Shown here: positions 47,501 to 55,608 of the stretch, piece after piece
Position numbering within the stretch: position 1 is the stretch's first letter
How the letters are laid out: each line of letters opens with the position of its first letter
Virus record (IMG/VR): IMGVR_UViG_3300044724_004801
Span: 1-57,017 of that record
From: a virus
Taxonomy: Duplodnaviria; Caudoviricetes
Reading direction: 5' to 3' (one strand)
DNA: 57,017 bases
Notes under the pieces: model-generated
What the model was told of the DNA's origin: nothing
What the model saw: only the letters and a program-made list of their open reading frames with translations
Databases searched by the model: none
Program-made: the position numbers and the translations under genes

Positions 47501-50500
47501 ATTACTTCTAGGGGTGAGTTTGATACTAGAATTGGAGAGTTAGAACAACAAATTGCTGAGCTTGATACTCGTATAGAAGATACTCTATCTAAAACCCCAA
47601 AAGATCCGGGGGTCCGTCAGTTAAAATTTGAGCAAAAGCGCGCCCTACGTGATAATTTAATTCAACAAAAACAAGAACTCCAGTCCGAGTTAAAAGAAAT
47701 TAGAGATCGTTCTAGAGATGTTGTAGGGGCGGAAACTGACACTGACTTTGTTCCTACTGGGCCAGGAATTGTAGAGGGACAGCGTTTAGTATCAGGGACT
47801 CTTGAATCTCCCGTCGTAGAACAGGTGGCAGATCGAGGTGTTGTAAGAGATCCAGACACCGGTGAAATTATTGGTAGAAAACCGGCGTTTGCTTTTGATG
47901 ACTCCCCAACTGATACAACAGACGTACCAGATGTTCGAGCAAAGACTGAATTTGATTTAAGAGACAGGTTTAGTTTTTTAGAAATACCTAAGCAAAAAGG
48001 GACAACTAAAACAACCATCAATATTTCTCCTGAGCTAAAAAGCAGACTTAAAGAAGGGCGAGCCGTTGATGAATTGATTCGAATAATCAAAGAGGAATTT
48101 AAATTTAACAGAAATTTACAGGTTATTCTTGCAGATGATTCTTACGACAACGCTTTTGTGCAAAACCAACAACAGATTGTTTTAGGTGCGGTAGAAGATA
48201 GCAATGGAATTAAAAAACCTTTGCTTGGTAGAATCTTAAGCAATGCTGAGACAGACGTTATTATTATAAACCTCCCACAAGACGCAACGTTGCAACAGCA
48301 AAGTGAGGCTATGTTAGCCTTGCTTCATGAAGTTGGACACGCAGTTTTTAAACAAGAATTTATAAATTCCTTAAGTAATAAAACCCTTTTAAACAACCTT
48401 TTAAAAGAGTTTGAAAACGCTAGACAAACGGTTGGGTCAAAAAGCTATGATGGGCAAAATGGTTTTGAAGAATGGTATGCAGATCAAATAGGAGCATATC
48501 TTTTAAACAGATCCAAAAAAGCAACAAATCAAACACAGTCTTTTTTCAAAAGGATTGCCAATAAAGTTGAACGAGCATTTAAAAAGTTTGGACAATTGAT
48601 GAGACAGCGGTTTGAGCTTAATCCTTCTTTTGAGTCTTATGTAGATAATTTATTACAAAGCTATAAAGATGGGGCAAAAGATCCAATACGAAACCCAATT
48701 ACGGCGGAAGATCGTATATTTATTAGAAATATGGCAGATGAAATGGTTCCAAAAGCTCTAAAAGGTTTTGTAACCCCCGCACAAATGCAACAGTTGAAAA
48801 AAATGGCTGAAAACATTTTGTCTTCAGATAATAAAATTCCAAGAGCTATTAAATATTGGATATATGATGCAGATAATTTTGTGCGTTCCTTAGGTAAAAA
48901 TGTTCGTCAAAAAGACAGAGAGGGTAAAGAGATGTTCCCAAATGGGGTGGGCGCTGAGATTGCTAAAATCTTTTATTCCAGATCACAGTCTGGAGAAAAG
49001 ACTGGTTTTTTAACAGCAAAAATTTCAGCTATAAATGGCTACCTAAGTGAACTGTTTACTATTTTAGATATAACTGACGCTAGTGGGATAACACAGGAGG
49101 CCCTTGATATTCTTTTAGAGGCAGAAGATAACCAAGTTGATACAGAAAATTTAAGCCCTAAAGCCAGAGAAGTTAGAGAGTGGTTATCTGAGTTTTATGA
49201 CAGAAGGGAGTTAAAAAGTTTAAAAATAGGTAAATTATCAAATTATTTCCCCAGAGTAATAAGTGATTTCTTGGTTTCAAGTTCTACTTTACAAAGTAAA
49301 CTAGTAGACCTATTAGTTCAGTACAATGAAGGTAAAACTTTTAAAAGACCAAAAGCCCTTCGCGATAAAAATGGTCAGCCTAGAATGAAAGATGGCAAGA
49401 TTATGTACGAGGTTGATAAAGAGGGCAGCCCTGTTTTTGAAGACTTTACCGTTACTCCAGAGTATGCAAGATTAGTTGTAGATGGGATTGTAAAAAATAT
49501 GGGGGATCAAAAAGTAGTTGATTCGGGGCAAGATGCTGCAGATATTGAGTTGCAAGAATTAGGAGTTGGGCTCGTAAAACATAGGGCTGAAATTTTTGCT
49601 AGCATTCCAAACAAAGCTTTAAGAGATGCTAAAGACGAAAACGGAGATAGCTTGGCAGAAACGCCATTAATCTCTCTACAAAAATACATAACAAATGTAG
49701 TTAAAAAAACAGAATATAGAAAACGTGGAGGGGCCGCTAAAGTACAGCGATTAATAAATTCATTACCTAAAGAGCAACGAGAGCAAGCTAGAGCAGCTGT
49801 AGATGCTATGTTAGGGAAAGTTAACCCTGAAATGAGTCAGGCCTTTAAACAAGCAAATAGCTGGTTATTAACTTTTAATATCGTAACTCTTTTACCTTTT
49901 GCTGTTTTAGCTTCTTTGCCTGATTTTGCTGGGCCTATTTTAAGATCTAAAGAATTAAAGTCTGTCCCAAGAGTTACGGATATTCTTTTGCCCTATTTAG
50001 ATGGGTTAGTTGGGGATATTTTTGGGGGAGAACTTTCTGCTAAAAAACGACAAGAGCTTGCTCAATTCGCAAAAGATATCGGGGTAGTTAGCACTGATGC
50101 AATTAATACCATGTATATAAACGCAGCGGAATTAGATTTTATGGTGCCAGCAGCTAAAAAGTTTGCTGATGCATTTTTTTATGGTATAGGACTAGAGTGG
50201 TTTACTAAATTTACAAGGATTTTTGCCGGCGGTATGGGTAAAGCGTTTTTAATTGACCATGGAAAAAGAGCAAGGTTAGGAGAAGAACGTTCTATTCGTT
50301 ATTTAAAAGAACTAAACCTTACTTGGGAACAAGTTGATGTATGGAACAAAGGGGGACAAAAAGTTACGGGGGCAGAAAATGAGGAAGTACGACTAGCACT
50401 AGCTAGGTTTGTAGATGAATCTATTGTTAGACCTAATGCAGCTGAAAGGCCTGTGTGGGCTTCTGACCCAAGATTTGCATTAGTTTGGCAACTTAAATCT

Positions 50501-50971
50501 TTCTTTTATGCCTACGGGAAAAACATTGTAGGTGGTTTAATGAGAGAATCTAAAAATAGGTTTAACGAAAGTGGTTTTACTTCTGCTTCGATTCCACTTT
50601 TATTAGCGGCAGCAACTCTTTTACCATTAACTATGTTAGGATTAGATATTCGAGAAAGGTTTAAAATTGGCTTAGATTGGTTGTTGCCTTTTACTGGACC
50701 AAACGCAGATTCTGGGTTTTTTGAATCCTCAGGAAAAAACTATAGAAGGTCTGTAGGAATGGACTGGGGCGAGTATTCTTTTGAAATATTGGACCGAAGT
50801 GGAGTATTTGGTCCATTTGCTTTAGCTATGCCTTTATTTATGGAAAGCAAAAGATATGGGGACCCTTTTTGGGTTGGACCGTTGGGGCCAACAGTAGAGC
50901 GAGGGTATGATTTTATAGAAGGGGATTTACGCTTTAAAGATATTCTCCCCGGTTATAGTATTGGGTTATAA
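44516..50971 (+). CDS. Large internal virion / polyvalent injected protein with zincin HExxH motif
   Basis: N-terminal Gly/Ala hydrophobic helices (EGLTELAQE), LLHEVGH...FEEWYAD, NYFPR, WQLKSF. Confidence 0.7.
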   Translation: MANSNDPINKFLVGDLADTTKPTFSGAGTLSDTTRAPAFGRVEGFDPAAAFEAGRQAGSQSLLSTTNYFRALGNSLLGDEEAMQNAILDAQRAEGDSAAYLSEFQSFEEFLDQPTFSGFLNQAFLATGQFTPTALASVLAAFTGAGIGAVVGGSALKMGGSAALTNLAAKKVAEKEFRELALKRLKNEAMDVDDELLEDAIYQQLRRDYMKKASTRGALTGAFASEYPQLAGVSFGTFAEQDMTDPVSAFTAAGIGVPAAAIGVGGEALVAKYFLNKLKKGDGPVHKSIIRAMGKGAVTTGGIEGLTELAQEEINIQQKFAIDPDYTAAHANLDRAHSAFAGFFGGAGLGSLGGTVTGVVEKARSYVDEKYANEQYRQFNVERYGDNEAGDVYKEPADWLEAQFNALFDPNNSKDSVYLDTNSFNQMNALVQRNPELAKRIDEELLQSEVNPENYRHGALFTTNQNKLDQFVKTTVENPLNSIALDNTLVDILGYEHSRKPEDDMVVEVLDENGNPVWYQSTNVKDASAVEAKARELFPKGKIVKKNVKQHLEERNAKLDETVETRDITIEEETITEAAGADYNALVQRYRALSQKANEVGGINNLPPQEREALLKDYGRILQIQTIRKQGTTQPTTTGPVSQKARISPATTEDPTLDRYLNLVEKARKLGGIDKLSAEEQQTLRQDFIALQPNKEGAFSPDEEVQANYLFSEGVVVEEGEGSEATPIRPKKNKAEIKQAKEEAKKASQQSTPRDPLAPNVPPVTVSPEIFKEGWKAGQAREQANIDRARELVEPEFLEEFNRNISEGNYSDSLLKAFIKQAEDNPSFAFRIDEVVDSEGNSKGLFNIKKLRLPLDAQNMELETAKWVSEAKRIESKRVRKDKKRPTFWTITNLEKGEAGQQQIYMPLITRFGTRNLDRQGEMSPTAETAQERALLGFTNAVTELLLNGYQLYYRGVPFTFDSLNQQFFYEAPVLSLPSQATETNPDGLISLFDLITSRGEFDTRIGELEQQIAELDTRIEDTLSKTPKDPGVRQLKFEQKRALRDNLIQQKQELQSELKEIRDRSRDVVGAETDTDFVPTGPGIVEGQRLVSGTLESPVVEQVADRGVVRDPDTGEIIGRKPAFAFDDSPTDTTDVPDVRAKTEFDLRDRFSFLEIPKQKGTTKTTINISPELKSRLKEGRAVDELIRIIKEEFKFNRNLQVILADDSYDNAFVQNQQQIVLGAVEDSNGIKKPLLGRILSNAETDVIIINLPQDATLQQQSEAMLALLHEVGHAVFKQEFINSLSNKTLLNNLLKEFENARQTVGSKSYDGQNGFEEWYADQIGAYLLNRSKKATNQTQSFFKRIANKVERAFKKFGQLMRQRFELNPSFESYVDNLLQSYKDGAKDPIRNPITAEDRIFIRNMADEMVPKALKGFVTPAQMQQLKKMAENILSSDNKIPRAIKYWIYDADNFVRSLGKNVRQKDREGKEMFPNGVGAEIAKIFYSRSQSGEKTGFLTAKISAINGYLSELFTILDITDASGITQEALDILLEAEDNQVDTENLSPKAREVREWLSEFYDRRELKSLKIGKLSNYFPRVISDFLVSSSTLQSKLVDLLVQYNEGKTFKRPKALRDKNGQPRMKDGKIMYEVDKEGSPVFEDFTVTPEYARLVVDGIVKNMGDQKVVDSGQDAADIELQELGVGLVKHRAEIFASIPNKALRDAKDENGDSLAETPLISLQKYITNVVKKTEYRKRGGAAKVQRLINSLPKEQREQARAAVDAMLGKVNPEMSQAFKQANSWLLTFNIVTLLPFAVLASLPDFAGPILRSKELKSVPRVTDILLPYLDGLVGDIFGGELSAKKRQELAQFAKDIGVVSTDAINTMYINAAELDFMVPAAKKFADAFFYGIGLEWFTKFTRIFAGGMGKAFLIDHGKRARLGEERSIRYLKELNLTWEQVDVWNKGGQKVTGAENEEVRLALARFVDESIVRPNAAERPVWASDPRFALVWQLKSFFYAYGKNIVGGLMRESKNRFNESGFTSASIPLLLAAATLLPLTMLGLDIRERFKIGLDWLLPFTGPNADSGFFESSGKNYRRSVGMDWGEYSFEILDRSGVFGPFALAMPLFMESKRYGDPFWVGPLGPTVERGYDFIEGDLRFKDILPGYSIGL

Positions 50972-50981
50972 TTAAAACACT

Positions 50982-51356
50982 ATGGCATATTCATCAACAA
51001 TAAAATTAGTAGTAGGAGATACACTTCCAGAGTTAACTTTTACTTTAAAAGACAGTAATACTGCTGCTTCAGGTCAAACATTAGATGTTGAAGACAGCAC
51101 GACTTGGGCACCTATTGATCTAACCAGCGGTACTGTAAGACTAAGAATTCGTGAAGTAGGTAAAACTACGGTTCTTTCTACTATTTCTGCTACATTATCA
51201 GATCCAAGTAATGGCGTTTGTACACTGTTATTCCCATCAGGAACGTGGACAGCGGCAGGTACATTTGAAGGCGAAATTGAATTTACAAAATCGGACGGTA
51301 ATATTCAAACAGTCCAAGACTTTATAAAATTTAAAGTACGTGATGATTTTGATTAA
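50982..51356 (+). CDS. BppU-N-like Ig-fold virion protein
   Basis: GDTLP.L.FTL.D...PIDLT..TV...GTFEGEIE...QTV. Confidence 0.65.
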   Translation: MAYSSTIKLVVGDTLPELTFTLKDSNTAASGQTLDVEDSTTWAPIDLTSGTVRLRIREVGKTTVLSTISATLSDPSNGVCTLLFPSGTWTAAGTFEGEIEFTKSDGNIQTVQDFIKFKVRDDFD

Positions 51357-52684
51357 TGGCTTTCAAAGTAATAGTTGATTATGAGAAGTTAAGTGTCATA
51401 ATTGATACGGACTCACTTGAGCCCGTTTCTACATTTCAGAACTTACAGTCCCTCGTTACATTTACAAACATTGAAAACGTTGTACAGTACGTAAATTTAT
51501 CTGCTGTAAATGTATTACTTGATGCAGATACTAAGAATCTTTACTTTAGCACACAATACGATTCTCCCCAGGTACAGGTTGTAACGCTTTCTGAAGTTGC
51601 AACATTTGAAGTAGATCTTGTTAAAACAGACACCGCAACACTTACAGAGGCTGCTGTAAAAGCTATTGGTAAAGGAGTTTCTGATACCACAACACTTACC
51701 GAAGTCCTTGAAAAATCTGTTTTATTTGTAAGATCCTTTAGCGACAGTTATACCTTTACCGACGCTGTAGATAGCGTAGATACAGGCTTAGGCAAATCCG
51801 ACACCACGACGATTACAGAAGATATCGCAAAAGCATTTAGCACAGCGTTTGATGATAGTAGTACGTTGCTAGAAGACGCAGTACTACAGCCTAGTTTAGT
51901 TAAAACAGACAGTATTTCTTTTACTGACAGCGATAGCTATAGTTTTGAAACAAGTAAATCTGACAGTATGACACTGTCAGAAAGCTCTGTTTTAGATAAT
52001 TCCTTAGTAAAAACAGAAAGTATGACACTTTCTGAATCTGCTGTACTTTTATCTGCGTTAAATAAAACTGACAGCGTAAGTATTTCTGAGAGTTTTAGCC
52101 GTGTAGTTACATTTATTCGTACCTTTACCGATGCGTTTACTCTTGATGATTTAGCTAGTGTAGCTGATCCGTTGCAAACAGACGTGGGTCTTAATAAAGA
52201 AAACATTGCAACACTTACAGAAGTATCTTCCTTTTCTTTTGAAAAGCCCGCTCTTACAGCGTCTGTAGGTATGACAGATGATCCTGCATTATCAGTATCT
52301 ACACCTTTTTCTGAGTCACTTACTCTTTCAGAAAGCGCAGCATTAGGATCAAACTTAGGTAAATCAGACTCTTTGTCTATGTCTGAAACGTCTAGTTTTA
52401 GTTTTTCTACAAGTGCCACAGATAGTATGACACTTTCTGAATCTGCCGCGATTACTGCATCTTTACCTTTTGCAGACACTGCGACACTATCTGACGCACC
52501 CGTTGTAAGCACAGGCTTGACAAAAGCTGATACTGCTTTATTGTCTGAAATATTAGTACACAGTTTTAGCAAATCCCTAGCGGATAGTGCTACAATAAGT
52601 GAGTCGATCAGTATTCTATTTATTCCAGGAGGAACTGGAGTTTTAAATACTGCGGCGCTAAATACAAGTACTTTAAATGCTTAA
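51356..52684 (+). CDS. Ser/Thr-rich ~19-aa repeat virion protein
   Basis: Recurring K(T/S)DSxTLSES units. Confidence 0.65.
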   Translation: MAFKVIVDYEKLSVIIDTDSLEPVSTFQNLQSLVTFTNIENVVQYVNLSAVNVLLDADTKNLYFSTQYDSPQVQVVTLSEVATFEVDLVKTDTATLTEAAVKAIGKGVSDTTTLTEVLEKSVLFVRSFSDSYTFTDAVDSVDTGLGKSDTTTITEDIAKAFSTAFDDSSTLLEDAVLQPSLVKTDSISFTDSDSYSFETSKSDSMTLSESSVLDNSLVKTESMTLSESAVLLSALNKTDSVSISESFSRVVTFIRTFTDAFTLDDLASVADPLQTDVGLNKENIATLTEVSSFSFEKPALTASVGMTDDPALSVSTPFSESLTLSESAALGSNLGKSDSLSMSETSSFSFSTSATDSMTLSESAAITASLPFADTATLSDAPVVSTGLTKADTALLSEILVHSFSKSLADSATISESISILFIPGGTGVLNTAALNTSTLNA

Positions 52685-52696
52685 TTGGAGAAATAA

Positions 52697-53122
52697 ATGT
52701 TAAATGATGGCTTAAAACTTACGGGTAACCTAAAGATAGCTCTTAACGGAGAAACAGTTCAAGAAGTAAAGAACTTAGTCGTAACCGACGGAAAAGAATA
52801 CGTTGCTTCTAGAATGAAAGACGCCACTGCAACAGCTATGTCCCACATGGCAATCGGTACTGATTCAACTGCTGCATCTGCTTCAGATTCAGCTCTTTTA
52901 TCAGAAGCCGGCCGTGTATCGTTGACCTCCACTACCGTAACTAGTAACGAAGTTGAATATGTTGCAACTTTTGGTGCTGGTACTGGTACAGGTGCGATTA
53001 CCGAAGCAGGTATTTTAAATGCCGCTTCTTCAGGTACATTACTTTGCAGAACTGTATTTTCAGTTGTTAATAAGGGCTCATCTGACTCAATGACCATTAC
53101 TTGGACTGTAACAGTCAGTTAA
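52697..53122 (+). CDS. Tail structural protein (fibre-anchor type)
   Basis: NLVVTDG, MAIGT, ITEAGILN..GTLLCR..F.VVNK..D...ITW. Confidence 0.7.
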   Translation: MLNDGLKLTGNLKIALNGETVQEVKNLVVTDGKEYVASRMKDATATAMSHMAIGTDSTAASASDSALLSEAGRVSLTSTTVTSNEVEYVATFGAGTGTGAITEAGILNAASSGTLLCRTVFSVVNKGSSDSMTITWTVTVS

Positions 53123-53141
53123 TTCTCAAGGAGTTAACTGA

Positions 53142-55607
53142 ATGGCTGTTAAGTTCACTAACAACGCCAAGACAACTCTTGCATCTTCTTTAACGAATGT
53201 CGCTACAAGCGCGTCCGTTGTAGATGGTTCAGTTTTTCCAACGCTAGGTGCAGGTGAATATTTCTACTGCACCTTTGACGATGGAAGTAACAACGAGATT
53301 GTTAAGGTCACCGCAAGGAGTGGAAACACTCTTACGATTGTTCGTGGCGTTGATAATACTACCGCAAGGGCTTTTAGCTCTGGCGACGCGGCTGAATTAA
53401 GAGCAACCGCAGGTCTTCTCACAGATATTCAAGAAAACATTGCGGCTAAGTCTGCAAACCAAACAGTCTACAATACTACGACTGCATCCAGTGCTACCGA
53501 CTACGACATAGGCATAGATCCTAGCGTAGAGGCAAACGCCATGGTGTTCTTAAACGGTGTGATGCAGCATCACGACACCTTTTCATTTAGTGGTAGCACC
53601 TTAACCTTTGATACAGCACCATCCGATGGGATGGCACTAGAGGTTATTGTTGACAACCTTATTAACCTACAAAGCTCTAATCTTACGGTTGATACTTTTA
53701 CAGCAGCCGATGTCGGAGGAAGCCCACAAACAGACTTTACCCTATCCGACTCTCCAGCAGCCGAGACCAACCTAATTGTCTTTGTTGATGGTGTATTCCA
53801 AGATCAAGATGCTTATACGATTTCAAGTAATGTATTGACCATGACTGACGGCGTGGTAGCCGACAGAGTTGTAACCGTTTATGTTATTAACCCGGTCAAC
53901 ATTGGAACCCCAAGCGATGGCACCGTAACCAGTGCAAAGCTTTCTGGCAACATTACTATGCCAGCGAACCTTACCGTTACAGGAGATGTAGCGTTTGATT
54001 CACCTACCTTCGTAGTAGACAACGCCAACTCAAGAGTTGGTATTGGTACCGCAGCACCAAGTACGCTCTTAGATATCGTTGGTGATGTGAAGATGTCTGC
54101 TGATTTAACAGTAGACACTGATACTTTGGTTGTAGATTCTACGAATAATAGGGTTGGTATAGGTACAGCAACAAATGACGGTGGAATAAAACTAGATGTT
54201 CGTGGAAATGTAAGAATAGGTGATGGCTCTGCTATAGAGCAAGATATTCGTTTTGTGTCAGCAAATGGAGATTGGCAAGTTGGTTCTAACGATAGTGGAA
54301 ATGGAACAGATAGTAACCAATTTTATATGTATGACACAGCGTATAGATTTAGTGTTCAAAAGGGAACAGGTAGAGTTGGCATAAATACAAATTTACCAAC
54401 AACTGCTTTGGATATTCGCAGCAGCTCACCAATTATAAACTTAAGAGACACAAATGGTGCGGGGACTGCTGCTACAGGTTATATACAGTGGGAAGATAGT
54501 GCAAGCACTGGTTTAGGGTATATAGGATATGGCTCAGGTTCTACATCTGACATGTTGCTTATGCAATATGGTGCAAATGATATTGTATTCGGTACAAATT
54601 CTTCAACACAATTCATGATAACAGAAGCAAATAATGCGGATAGTGAAGCTTGTGCTGTTCTTCAAGCCAAAGGAACAGACGATACAGATGTAGACATGCT
54701 TATATCTAATAAAATGGGATATGGAGCTTCTTATCAAGTTGTACAGCTTGGAACAGCATCTAGAAATATATCTTTAGGATATGACCCATCTACAAATGCA
54801 AGTGGAGCATTTAATGGGGCAGGAGAAATATTAATATCAAACAATAAACCCATTATTGCTCCAAATTCGGCAAACACAACATTTCTTGGTGTGTTAATGG
54901 TTGATTCTAATGATTTCCTAAGAATTGGTGGAAATAACTATACTACATCAGGGCATATAAGTGTAAAACTAACATCATCAGATAAAACAGAATTAGTCGG
55001 AATCGGAACAACCAGTCCACAAGCTCAATTACATATTGATGCAAGTGGAACACAAGATAATAATGCAGACGCTCATGTGTATATAAGTAAAAACGCATCA
55101 AATGATTGGAGTTTATCTTTAGTAGCAGGAGCGGATAATTATGGGTTCTATACTTTAGGTAACGGTGGTCATGCAATTCTTGTAAAAAATCAACCTTCTA
55201 ATGCTGATAGGGCAAGAATAAATTATGATGGGCAAATATATTTGAATGGTGGTTCATCTGCTGTATTTAATATAAATTCAGATGTAAGGCTTAAAGAAGA
55301 AATATCTAATGCTCCTTCTCAATGGCAATTAATAAAAGATTTACCTCTGAAAAGATTTAAGTGGATTGACAGAAGAGATGGTGATGAATGGAGTTATGGG
55401 TTTATAGCTCAAGAAGTAGAAATTAATTATCCTGAGTTTGTAGAGTTAGTACCTCAGTCAAAAGAAGACATAGATGCAGGAGTTGAAGATCCTGAGTATA
55501 AAACAGTTGCAGAGGGACAAATTCATGAAAGAGCTTTAGCAGCATTACAAGAAGCAATGGAAAGAATAGAACAATTAGAAGCAAGATTAGAAGAGGCAGG
55601 ATTATAA
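53142..55607 (+). CDS. Tail fibre with C-terminal S74-type chaperone
   Basis: EIVKVTARSGNTLTIVRG, VFxxGVxQ domains, RVGIGT modules, SDVRLKEEI..GFIAQEV. Confidence 0.85.
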   Translation: MAVKFTNNAKTTLASSLTNVATSASVVDGSVFPTLGAGEYFYCTFDDGSNNEIVKVTARSGNTLTIVRGVDNTTARAFSSGDAAELRATAGLLTDIQENIAAKSANQTVYNTTTASSATDYDIGIDPSVEANAMVFLNGVMQHHDTFSFSGSTLTFDTAPSDGMALEVIVDNLINLQSSNLTVDTFTAADVGGSPQTDFTLSDSPAAETNLIVFVDGVFQDQDAYTISSNVLTMTDGVVADRVVTVYVINPVNIGTPSDGTVTSAKLSGNITMPANLTVTGDVAFDSPTFVVDNANSRVGIGTAAPSTLLDIVGDVKMSADLTVDTDTLVVDSTNNRVGIGTATNDGGIKLDVRGNVRIGDGSAIEQDIRFVSANGDWQVGSNDSGNGTDSNQFYMYDTAYRFSVQKGTGRVGINTNLPTTALDIRSSSPIINLRDTNGAGTAATGYIQWEDSASTGLGYIGYGSGSTSDMLLMQYGANDIVFGTNSSTQFMITEANNADSEACAVLQAKGTDDTDVDMLISNKMGYGASYQVVQLGTASRNISLGYDPSTNASGAFNGAGEILISNNKPIIAPNSANTTFLGVLMVDSNDFLRIGGNNYTTSGHISVKLTSSDKTELVGIGTTSPQAQLHIDASGTQDNNADAHVYISKNASNDWSLSLVAGADNYGFYTLGNGGHAILVKNQPSNADRARINYDGQIYLNGGSSAVFNINSDVRLKEEISNAPSQWQLIKDLPLKRFKWIDRRDGDEWSYGFIAQEVEINYPEFVELVPQSKEDIDAGVEDPEYKTVAEGQIHERALAALQEAMERIEQLEARLEEAGL

Positions 55608-55608
55608 A

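Noticed and set aside
42316-50971. N4- or crAss-type virion RNA polymerase
   Set aside because: No T7-like A/B/C motif set or DxDGD/DFDID motif found by eye; not excluded without structure prediction
51937-52572. 211-aa antisense ORF and the many other opposite-strand ORFs in the track
   Set aside because: Shadows of repetitive or codon-biased genes on the coding strand, without SD or motifs
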